The notes beneath the pieces are model-generated. The model saw nothing but the letters and a program-made list of their open reading frames with translations. It was not told where the DNA came from and did no database searches. Both the position numbers and the translations under genes were made by a program. From Adineta vaga (Eukaryota > Animalia > Rotifera), in assembly GCA_021613535.1 (NCBI GenBank), contig CP075495.1, forward strand, positions 3,472,001-3,536,000: 64,000 bases of DNA, given 5' to 3'. Below, piece by piece: positions 31,401-52,639 of the stretch. Every line of letters starts with the position of its first letter. The first letter of the stretch is position 1.

Positions 31401-34113
31401 TTTGTCTGATTTTGAAGAAATTCTTGCTAGCATATGTAATTCCGATAGAATTAATATTGTGACAAGAGACAAAAAAAAGAGATTCTCAAGAGAATCAATG
31501 TATTAATATGAAACAAATCTGAATAATGAATTGTTTGTATTAAAGAAAAACAAGTTTTGTTCAATAGAGCACAAAAAATACAAAAAAGAAACCTCGGATT
31601 TTATGCTTGATTGTTTTAATTTCAACAACAAACGAGAAAAGATAAATACATCAATGTTTTCTTAGTCAAGCAGAACAAAACGATCGATTTTCACTTTCAA
31701 TCTCAAGTCGTTTAAAATTTTCCGATTATTTAAAGATCTGTAGGACATTTTTCCTACTTCCCATATGTTCCTTCCACAATAATTCATGCAAAATCTGTCT
31801 ATCTCTGTGAACTCTGTGATTAATTACAATGAATAATAAATTAAAATCATTTACAATTTAAACGAAATGATCTAAATGAACTTGATAGATCATTTCTTAC
31901 AAGTAGAATGCTATCTCGAGAATTTATCGATTATTTTCCAAGACTTCATGAAAAAAATACCTTATTCATTCATTGTATTTCTTAGAAATGATGAACATCA
32001 AGTGCAAATAATTTATACTGATTCAATTGAAGAAATATTCTTTTCTCTCTTCAATAAAGTTCATTGAATCTTTAAAACAATCTTTCTGATTTAAATATAG
32101 ATTAAACTGAAAGTATCTTTTGTTTTTTTCAATTTCCTTTACTATTTTCATCATGTATATAAACGTGTCGAAGAAAAAAACATTTTATCAGGATTTCATT
32201 CTAGCGTGCAAAGTAACGATATATAATTAATATAAACTCAATGAATATGTCATGGAATATAACCAATTACCTTTTGTTTTTAATATAAAAAGTTCTGATA
32301 GAATTCTTTTAGAAATGATGATATAGACAAGAAAGAAACTTTAACATATACGAATATAATTATGTATAAAACTTGAATGATTAGATGTCTTCTGCTATCT
32401 TATCTACATTTAGCATGCAACAATAGATTTTTCCTTTTATTAATCAATTCAATTCGAAGATTAGCATTACAAAGTATTGAAAGATCAATCTTGGCAATTG
32501 GTTATATACGTTTTACTAATACCATTCAAAAGAGTCAAAAGAACAATTGTATTGAACAAAATTTCGATAGAGATTATTTGTTTTCGTTCTTTCAAATAGT
32601 TAAACTATTTTACTTCATTATACACAACATTTTATCAGTAATTATCAACTGAAAATAAAACGACATGATTCACAAAAATACATCAAGTTTTATTACTAAC
32701 CGAAACATAATCACATTTCAAAAACTCGTCTTCTCCTATATTTAACTAATCGATATATTTTTCTACTTAATCATCAGTCTACTATACACATAGTCCGTAG
32801 TAAAGTAGTACCTTATTTCCTGTCACTTCATTATTGGTGAATAATCCTTCTCAATATTTTCCTCTGAAGAGTTTCAACATGCAAAACCTAATAAGAAAAA
32901 GGCTCAGTCAAGCGAATATGCCATCTTTATTTTGCTCATCGAAGTAAAATGATCAACGCAACTAATGTTTATTGTAGAAATCGATTTATTCTTATGGATC
33001 AAAAAGAAATTCGAATAAATCAAATATTTGAAAAACAAAAACTCTTACCCCAGGTGCAAATATCATTGCTTTTGATTGACTACGATTTGAACGTCCACAT
33101 GCACCAGCCATGATTAGATCGAAATATAAAGATGTAAACTTGTCACTAGAAATAAAATTTCAAAGAATCGATGAAAAAAATTGAATCACTTTTCTTTCTA
33201 TGTATTTATTCATCTACTTACCAATGTGTTTATTGAATTTATTCAAGAAATTATTCTTCTTGTCACCATCAATTAAGTTATTCAATGACGAAAATAATAT
33301 CGAAAAAAAGACGACGAATAATTACTTTCTTTTCAAGTTGTACATGATGAAAAGCGTAGAAAAGACGACTGATCAATGGACAGCAGGTTGGCAATTTGTA
33401 TACATTCATTCATGATGAAATCATCGATTGAAGGTTGATTCTTCTTCGTTTCAATATATTGCTTCTACAATGATGTTGTCGTTGCTGTCGTCTTTTTTCA
33501 TTAAATCAATGCATGTTTGCGTGTGTGTTCCCTATTTTTTTTCTCATTGCTCTTTCACTAGAATTGTGTCCGTCATGAGACAATTTCATAGAAGCAATAG
33601 CACAACATGAACACTCCGATTCTCTCTTTCATATCATAACATTCTTAGTTTTTTCTTCTTTTTCTTCTTCTTCTTCTTTTTCTTGCTGCTTGTGAATCTT
33701 ATTATTAACGAAAGATTTTTTGTCCGTATAAATTGAATAGAAAGAGGTGTATACACGTCGAGAAAAAGATGATAAACCTAATCTGAAACTGATGATGACA
33801 ATTCTCAAAACCATTATATACTTATCTATCTGATTCTTTTCCTCGAAAATAAAACAAAATAAAAAAAGAAGGTACAGAAGAATCTTTCAAGCACAGATAT
33901 GGGTGTGTGAGGAAAGATTTAGCAATCGCGCTAGAAATAACAACATCCACCTTTTTCACTCTCATTTTCTCGCCGTATTCTTCTTTTCATATTGAAAAGA
34001 AGAAGAAAAAAAACATACGCCTTCTTTTCTCTATCTCAAATTTATTTCCTCAAATGTGATAACAATCTTTAATGAAGAAAAAAAACACACACACTAAAGT
34101 TCTGATCATCGAA

Positions 34114-35146
34114 TTACGATAGTTTAAGATATTGATATTCTCGCCAAGCAACATATAATGGAAATGCTAAACATGGTGTAATAAAAAATACGATCATGAA
34201 TAGAAAAAAACCAAGAATACGTTTGATTTTCGATGAATATATTTCATCAGTTATTCGATAAAATAAATATTCATTTGTAAAAATAAATAAAATTAAACTA
34301 AGAAATAATGAGAGATAATCAATTGACCATATGAATGTGACAGGATGTATTATATTCGTTAATTTTGTCACATAACTCTGTTTAATTAATTCAAATGAGC
34401 CATGCATGATAAGACTAACGAGTGAAATGAAAAAAAGTGGAGCTGAAAGAATAAATAGAGTCACTTGACAATGAACAATTAAACGATGACTATTTATAAT
34501 CCAACAACGTTGAATTGCTCTCGAAAATAAACGACATGGCAACGAAATTAATGAAAATGCCATCGGAGATATGAGTAGAATAATAGATAAAATTGATGCA
34601 AATAATTTATCTGATGAAAGAAAATAGATTAAATATGTTGGAACAATAATCATACAAATAATATAAATTAAACCAAGACATAAGATATCGATTGGTACAG
34701 GTGATTTATGTGGATTTGCTTTTGATTTATAAAAATAGATATATGATGGAAGGAAGAAAATTGGAAAAGATATTCCAATACCAAATATGATTAACAATGT
34801 TTGAATTATCATTTGTCCAAGAAGGCCAGAAACATTTGTACGTGTTGATTCCAACAATAATCTGTAAAAATACACTTGCATAGGTTAATAAAAGTGTGAC
34901 CATTATATATCGATCCCATTCTGTTTGAAGAGCCTTTGTTGTAATTAAACGTGTAAAACAAAGTACAATTGGTTGTGTATCATTTTTACATTGATGAATA
35001 AGGACAGAATTGATATTCCCTTCAATTGATACGACAATAAAACCAGTTAGACATAATAAACCTAATAGAATCGAAAGACATGTAAGGAAATATTTGAAAC
35101 AATGATTAGATTGATTTGGCGAAACATCTAAATCGAGACGAAGCAT
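34114..35146 (-). pseudogene. Intronless multi-pass membrane protein broken by a 1-nt frameshift (pseudogene or assembly error); resembles fungal CtvD/AurD-type membrane proteins
   Basis: Two overlapping hydrophobic ORFs (34727-35146, 34114-34881) join into one ~343-aa protein if one base is removed from the A5 run at 34866-34870. Motifs ESTR, FGIGISFP, C-terminal PCLAFPLYVAWRE. Confidence 0.6.
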
Positions 35147-35744
35147 TTCTGTTTTGTTAAATAGATTTCAAATGTCTTTTATTTTTCTTTGTTGTTTTTT
35201 TATTAAACTATCTGTAAGATAAGAATATATGAATAGAGATAGTTTGTCTGATGTCATTTGACGAATGAAACACAGAATTATCTTTTCTTTTGTTCGTTTG
35301 ATTTTCTGATTCATTAGTATTGTTGTTTGAAAATATAGATGTTGATTGCATCGATAACAAATTATTTACTCGGATAATACTGAATTCATCATTGATCTGA
35401 TCTTGTCAAATAAATATGAATATTTATGAGAAAGTTAGGATTTCTTATCTCTGTTCACTCAATGATCTTTTCTTTTATTGTAGAGATTTATGTATTAAAT
35501 AATCTTGATTCAATGAAATTTCAATTGTACGATAAAACTTAATACTAGAAAGATTTAATTTATTGATGATAATTCGAAATAAATGTTCCTAATTGAAAAG
35601 GGAAAATCTCTTCAGCAAAAAAAAAGGAAATAAAGAAAAAAATTAAAAAATATTAAGCGAGAATAAAAAGAAAAATCGTACGAAACGGTTTACAACAATA
35701 AAATTTAATCTAAGAACATCTGTCTTTCTTCATTATATTAAAGA

Positions 35745-43489
<7,745 letters not shown>

Positions 43490-43937
43490 TATGTCTAAAA
43501 AATAGTAACAAAGTTCATAGTAAAAACAACTTTAATAATAAGAATGTGTCTGATGGATTCTCACTTCCTACCCGAACTATCACTTTCCTCTATTCATTCG
43601 AGATGCTATATGAACAATCGATAAGTAACACACATTCTAGTTCTTTTCTTTTAATTTGACAACAGATATCCAACTAAATATACTTATGTTCTTTTGAACA
43701 TCTTTTCAATTAACTTGAGTATACAATAAACAAAAAGAAAGAAAATTTTTAATAGCGACAGTGAAACATTTCGTTTTTCTTTATAAATCACATTGTAAAA
43801 AAGACATTTGTTTCATGACTATGACGATAGTATTTTTTCTGTTTTTCGAGATTTACATATGTTAAACAAAAATATTTCGACTGTCAAAATAGAAAAAGAA
43901 AATAAAACGATATGATTAGACGTTTGATTGAAATTAT

Positions 43938-44923
<986 letters not shown>

Positions 44924-46137
44924 GATTGATTGAATAAGTTTTATGAAATAAGATATATCTGCAAAATATTGACTATCATTATTATTTTTGTTTTCGAATA
45001 GAGAGAGAAAGAGAGAAAGAATAGATACAACAGAAATATTTATCTTTAGTTACCATAAACAAAAAACGAACTTTCGTTGCCTAAGACTTTATTTCGACTT
45101 TTTCGTTTTTCTCTAAACACAAAAAAAAAGAAAGGAAAAACAAACTGAACACGCACACTCAAACATACAGCAAAAAATGAAAACGACAAACAAACAAACA
45201 AAACAAAGGATTCTACATTTTTCTTTTTGCTAAAAAAATAACTGCTCAATCAAAGAAAAAAGAACATATAAGCGCAAGTTTATAATGTAATATGATGAAG
45301 AGGACTCCACAAAATACTGCTGCATAGACCCAAGCGACTGTTGTTTGACCATCGTGAAAACCGAAAAAATACACACAAGCATACACATATGTATTATGAC
45401 TTGAAAACGCGGACGGGGTGCTTAGATATCACGCACACAGGTACAAGCAAACAAAGAATACTTGCTCAATCAAAAAAAGAAACGTTCGTTTTTGGTTGAA
45501 TTGTTTATTTTTGTCGTCATTACGTATGAAATGATAGTCCACCGATTAGCACCAGAACAAGTATAACAATGTTGTAGAATAGGTTCGAAGAGTTGATTAA
45601 ATCCGTGCTTCTTCCTGAGGCTAGTCAAAAAGTCGAGTATCCTGAGTGGTAAATATGATGATAGAGCAAGAGAGAGAGAAAGAGAGACAAGAACCAAACC
45701 GGATCGGTGTAATACAAACAATCACACGGTGAACAAAATAACGAAAGAAGATATAGACTATATGAGATTTAGCATCATCAAAAAAAGAAAAAGAGAAGAA
45801 GAAGAAGAAAGAAAGAACTAAACAAATAGCAAGGAAAAAAAATCAGATTCATTGATGATCTCTTTTATTGCTATATGAACATAGAATTGAAAAGAAAACT
45901 AGAAACTTAAATGAGTTTGAGTACGTGTATGTGTTTGTGTCAAAAAGAAAAGAAAAAACAAACAAGCTAGTGAAAGACTCGCGCTAGGCAAAAGACAAAA
46001 TGAAAACGAAGATCTAGAACTAATGTGAAATACTAGAACATCATCGCGCGCTACCTACATTGCACACATACATACACGTACAAGAATGAAAACACGAACA
46101 AACAATGAATAGCTTTAAACCATAGACTTCATAGTTA

Positions 46138-49100
46138 TTAGTTTTTTGCATTTAGTAATTGCAATAGAATCACACCTTTATTAGGTTCTGAATATCTAAA
46201 ATGAACAAATCTATGATATTTTTCTGAAATTATTTGTTTTATTTACTTGTAATTTCGTTGTTGTAAATAAGTTAGAATCACTGAACGTATTTTTCCATGA
46301 CCACCAGCACCATAAATAGAATTTTTTCCATAACCAGTAATAATTTCAATCGATTTCGGTGTTGTTCGTCGTACTTTTCCACAGAGTTCATTTTCGATTT
46401 GTTTAAATAAATTCAAAGCTTCATCCGAATGTAAACCATGAAGATCAAGTTGATGAGTTTGATAGAATTGTGTTAATCGCCATTGAGATAAACGTTCGCC
46501 TACTATTCGATTTGCTTCTTTTATCAATTGTGTTTCTTTACTAGCACGATGAATATAGTATGAAGCAACACCAGACATTCCATAACGATTTGCTTGATGA
46601 GCTTTTGCATAGAATTCTTTACGTTGTTGTCCATGACGAAGTGCATCATATCGTAAACTTTCATACGATTCATGAACTGATTCAACTTGTATCTTATTTG
46701 TTGGTAGAGAACGAGATGATGATGATAATGATGATATAGATTGTGACGATTGTGGTATAGTTGTAATAGATGCATGCTCATCTAGCATTGTCAATATACA
46801 GATGTATGTTATATCATAATTATATTCATTTTCTCGAAGAATATCATAGAGAAGGTCGCTGTCAAACGAAGGAAAATGAACTTCAAGTTCTTTTAATTTA
46901 TATTCCGATGCATAATCAAGTTGACGTTTCTAAAAATAAATCACTTTTTAAAGGTTTAGATTTATCACGGTTAAATACCTGTTTTGGTTTCTGACAACTT
47001 GCTACTTGTTGTTGCTGTTCACTGATAATCTGTTTTAAAGATGGTATATCATTTGTTTTAACTTCTGTTGATGGTTGTTCATCAGATGGTAATTTCCATT
47101 TTTGATTAATAGGATTCGTTTTTGTCTTCATCTCCTTTTTCTTCTCAACTATTGGTTGATTGATTGGATTGGATTTATTCAAAAACCTTTGTAATCCTTG
47201 ATAGATATTCCTAGATAAATCATCATCACATACTAATGATACACTATCATGATTTGATGAAAGTAAAGATTTATTGGGAAGTTCTCCATAAAGTTGTTCC
47301 AGCGAACTAATAATTGACCAAGGAATATGAATTAATTTCGATTCGGTTAATTCTATATCATTTTTATTTGTCGATATATCCTCTAATATCTCATTATCAG
47401 TTATATCTTCAAGTAGATCATCAATAGATTTTGAATCAAATAGTGGATTATATGATTTAATTTGTTCATTCCATTGATTTAAAGTATTTAAACATAATTG
47501 ACGTAATGTTCGAATTCGATTGAAATCACCATTATCTTGTTGAAGAAGATATGCATCGAGTTGTGTACGTGTCCATTGAATATTTTCATGGCAATCATCA
47601 TAGAATTGTCGAATAGTTTCCAATGATAAACGATTTGCATAAGTTTCAATTAGTGCATCAAATTGATTATCATTCAAATCAACTTGAATACCACATTCGT
47701 TATAACCAGGACGTGGTGATATCGATGGAGTTATCGGTAATTTAATTGACGAAGATGAACAACCGATTAAAATCAAATCAGATGAATTTGAATGAAAGTT
47801 ATTCGATGAACATTGTATACCAATATGTTTTGTTGATACGGACGGATGATTTGAAGGTTTATTAAATTCATTGTGAAGAATATTTAATAATTGTTGATTA
47901 TCAGAACTAGTGTATTGATTTTGTTTACAAGGAATCGTTGATGAATAATCCCTAGAAGAAGTAATGATATTTTATTGGTGGAAAGAAAATCATTTTTTTG
48001 ATGAAAATGATTAGAGTATTTTTTTTCAAAATATTTACTTCATCGTTAATTTATACATTTTCTTTAATGTACTATCGATTGATTTAAGTACTTTTCGAAC
48101 GTAGAAAAAACAAATCGATTTTCGTAAAAGATAAGTATGGCAAGGGAACTATATGTTTTAGTGGTGGACTGAAAGTCTAGGGTATGGAAGAATATGTTTT
48201 CACAGGAAAGAAAGAAAAAGAGAAGAAAATATTTGTAGTTCACGATTACTTTTAGATATAAATCTATGAAAACGATTTTCTTTACCTTAGAAGATTATTC
48301 TGTTGATCGAAATTTTTATTAGCAATATCCATCGAATGATTATCATCATAGTCATCAATGACTATAAAATCTACATAATCATCAGGTAGAAAAACTTGAA
48401 AATTTGGTTGTTGTAATAAACATTCTTGATTAATATCCATTTGATTATTATTATTATTATTATTTGTATTCAATACAAGTTCATTTGATGGTTGTTTATT
48501 TTTATTTTTACGTCGTTTCTTTGCAACTAAACTTGATTGTGCCGATAATGGTGGTGTTAAATTAGTTGTATCTAAACATCTTGAGTATGTTGATGTTGTT
48601 GTATTTGGTAAACGTAAGAGATGTTCAGTATTAAACGAATGATCTTGATTTGTTGTTGATGAAAATCGAGTAAATGTACGATGAAAACGTGAATGTGGTG
48701 TTGAAGGTGTTGATGGTAATGATGTAGTGGTCGGTGATGATGATATCAATGATAGATCATGAAAAGAAACCGATAATGGAGTTGAAGTGGGTGACGTTGT
48801 TGCTGTAGTTGTTGTCGTAGTTGGTAATGTTAATGATGAGGATAATAATGTTGTTTGATAGAAATTTGATGTTAAAAATAAAATCATATCATTAATACAA
48901 AGACGTACATCATTGAGTATAAGAGAATCATCGATGATATCATAGAATTTTTTTGATGTCAAAATCGGATCAATAATTTCTTTATCTTTCTTTCGAATAT
49001 CTTGTTCAGAAGAAAGAATATTAGTAGATTTCGTTGCTGAAGCTAATTGATCAAGAATATTTTGAACCGTTACATTATGTTCAAAACGGTTTAACATGTC

Positions 49101-50075
49101 GTGGATACGTCGTAAAGGTAAATTATGACGATTTCGTCTAGAGAAAAATTGAAATTACTGAAAAAACAAACTAGAAATATGTTTAAGAAACTCACTTAAA
49201 TAAATCTCGTGCTTTATAACGCCAAGGTGTTTGTGGTTCAATAAGAAGAATATCATAGCCAGCTTCTTTACCCTATAAAAGAAAGAACGAACATTTGACT
49301 TTTCAATGAAATACTTTTGATATCAATGGTTTACCATTGCTACGTATGGTTTTATTTCCCATGCTTGAGTATTTGTATTATCGATAATAACTGGAGATAT
49401 ATTTCGTTTTAATGCATCCGATGCTAAATAAATATATTTTAAAAACAAAACAATTTCTTGAATAGATGAAACCAACCTCGTCGACGACTATATCGATGTG
49501 CATCATCAAGTTTATTTAAATCGAAAACATATTTATTTAAATTTCTATCAGTAAAATAATCATCAGTAGAAAGTATGACACCATTATAACCATGATTAAG
49601 TGATCTTCAAAAGAGAATTATGAAATAAAATAGATTTGAAAAGAATATCTTACTTTGCTAATGTTGATTTTCCTGAACCTAAATTTAAAAAAACAAACAA
49701 ATATATATGTTACTGTTTAATGTTTTTCAAAGTCAACTATCTATTTACCAGGACATCCTCTCATAATAATTAATAATCGTTCATTATTATCTAATCGATT
49801 ATGTATTTCATCGATAATCGTTTGATTATAATCATTAGTAACATCATTATTTATTATAATAACAAGGTCTTGATTATCTTTTTCATCATAATCATCTTCT
49901 GATGTAAATGTTGCTGTTGTATTATCACCTGTGGATGTTAATGATAATGATGGTGAAACAGATTTATGAATTTGTTCGTCTATAAGAAATTTCTCTGTGG
50001 AACTATCATTAAGATTACGATCAAATTTTTTTGTTTTTTTCGATTTAACTTCGATCCAATCGTCGACAATAGATG

Positions 50076-50115
<40 letters not shown>

Positions 50116-51902
50116 CGAAAGAGAATTTGAATCAGTTGGAAGAAGATTACGTGTTGGTATTCGCTTATTATTGCTATTGTTAAATGGTTGACGCCGACGA
50201 GAATGCATATTTGAAGATGATGACGATGAATTCATTTGCGATCGTTCATGTTTATTTGTTCGTTCTCTTGGTGGTAATTGATTATGAACATGATTGGTTG
50301 ATGATTGTTCACGAATTTGTTGATTTTTTTGATTATTTATTTGAGTTTTAGTTGAGTTTTGATTGTCAGATATTTGAGAAATAATTGTTGAATATGTAAT
50401 TGGTGTTACTTTGGTTGATGATGACAAAGACTTATTATTATGATTATCTTCTTGACTAGATGATATATTATTTGATGAGTCGATCTTTGGTTCAGATGAA
50501 ATCAATATATTTGAATTATCTGTAGGTATCGGTGGAGTCTCACTAGATTGATTATCATTAGTTAATATAGTTTCAGATGAAATATCATTTTGTTCTGAAT
50601 TATCATCGAGATGATCTTTTAAAGTTGTAGTTGGATTATTAGTTGTTGTGCTATTCAATGGTGGAAAATTAATTTCATCGTCAATTAAAATTTGATGATC
50701 AGATGATGGTGAATCATGATCGTTCTGTGACGGAACCCATTCAACTGCATCAGGATTAAGAAATGAATTTGTTGGTTGAGGTATGATAGATTGATTAAAT
50801 AAATATGTTGGTGGTAATCCATTCATTGCATAGGATACAAATGAAGGATGACCATGTGGTGGTAATGCTGTAGGTGGTGATGACCAAATGACGGGTGTTG
50901 GCGGTAAATTCATTAGTTGTTGTTGATGATAAGCATACAATTCAAGTTCATCAGGTACTCGTATATTATATGCAATATGACCTGGTTGATGGACGGCAGG
51001 TGGATATGGATATAAAACACCGGGTGGTGTGGCCATCAAAGGTGGTGGATGTGGATAATAGTTATTAAGACCACGCGGTAATATACTACGATGACGACGA
51101 CAATTCATCGTTGTTGTAGGTGGTGGTGGTGGTAGTGGTTGTGAAGTCGTTGATGGTACTTGTGAATTTGATTCTGTTTCAGCAGCTGATGTTTGTCTCA
51201 AACGTGGTGGCAAATTTTGTGGTGATACTATTGATGATGAATTACCGGTTTGATTTTCTCGTGATGAAGGTGATGGCGATGTTGATGTTCGTTGTTGATT
51301 TGGAATAAACATCAATGGTGTTGGTTTTTCCAATGATGGTAATGAATAATAATAGTACGGTACTGTTCCATATGCATGACCATTTGTATAAAATGATGAT
51401 CGATGATATGGCATTGTTGAATATTTGACTTTTGTATTATTAAAGGGTTTCTTCGATCGATGATTTTCTGTGAATTCATTTACTTCTTTATGTTGTTCTC
51501 CATTGATAGTTACTATTGGCGGACTAGTATTGATTAAAGTATCATTATTATCATTTCCATGAGCTATATTTGTTTCAACAGATTGTAATGTCAAATTATC
51601 ACTAAATTAGCAAATTATCTAATTTGAAAAAGAATATATTCTAAACAATTTATCGCACTTACCCTTGAAAATCTCCATGAATCTCGTCTTGTTTTTGATC
51701 ATGATTGATTGATCTAGAATGCATAAAAAGAAACGAGAACAATCATCAATGAGAGAAATAAACTTTTTTCATACTCATGTATTCCAATATTTATTGAATT
51801 TGAAGCATCATTCTGTAATGAAGATTGTTCGTTATCCGTTGCACATTGTTTTGAATCAATGTTAACATCATTCTCGTGTTTGTTTTCACTTAAACTCGTC
51901 AT
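46138..51902 (-). CDS. N4BP2: N4BP2/NONU-1-like protein: P-loop polynucleotide-kinase-like domain, CUE, DUF1771 and Smr nuclease
   Basis: IIMRGCPG|[33 protein letters not shown]-like [27 protein letters not shown], Smr LDLHGLH..EA and IITGYGKNS. Confidence 0.88.
50077..50113 (-). repeat. (CAA)n coding repeat, poly-Gln of about 12 residues
   Basis: Run of ttg units on the + strand inside the 49741-51594 ORF. Confidence 0.9.
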
Positions 51903-52144
51903 TGACAAAGAACAAAACAAAAACACTATCGTCCAACAAAATATATACGATAAATATGAGTTAGAGAAAGAAAAATAATATTGACAATAATATGTCAAAG
52001 GATGGAAGCAAAATAAATAAATTTAATGATATTTTGTTAAAGTAAAGTTAATAATATATTAAATACTTATCAGAATCGAGCAATAAATCTTGAACATAAT
52101 AATAGGAAATGAATTATATAAATAGATCATAGAAATAATAGATG

Positions 52145-52167
52145 ATAATAATAATAATAATAATAAT
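52145..52167. repeat. (AAT)n microsatellite
   Basis: Tandem ATA/AAT units in intergenic DNA. Confidence 0.8.
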
Positions 52168-52639
52168 ACATCGAATATATCATTTTCTAGAAGAAACTAA
52201 TAGAAAAACATTTAATATATATATTGATACTTTTATTTTTAACATGACAGAAGAAAAATAAAGATTTCTTTGTTTTCTTGTCTGTTTATCATTTGTTTTT
52301 CCATTCTATATAGATACATACAGACATGGACAATTATAACAAAATAAGGGATGTTTTATCTCGCCTTTTCACAACCTAATAGAAAAAAAATTCTTTGTTG
52401 TCATATAAATTTATGTACATTTAACAGATATTGAATTATATACAAGTTGAAATCAAATAATATTTTTGAGTATCAAGCACCGATGGTTGATAGCCGTACA
52501 TCGACTATACGTATTCAGAAAATATGTAACTCACAAAAATAATCATGTTTAATTCGTCTTTTTTTTTGTTGTTGTAAAGTCTTATACCGGTTGAATTCAT
52601 ATAAATTAATGACAAGAATAAACTAAATGATTTGTGTTT

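Noticed and set aside
29856-33814. Short Phe/Leu/Ile/Lys-rich ORFs in the gene-free tract (and similar ones elsewhere)
   Set aside because: Composition is expected from AT-rich non-coding DNA. No domains or coherent exon chains.
49997-50191. Poly-Cys ORF on the + strand
   Set aside because: It is the antisense shadow of the poly-Gln CAA repeat.
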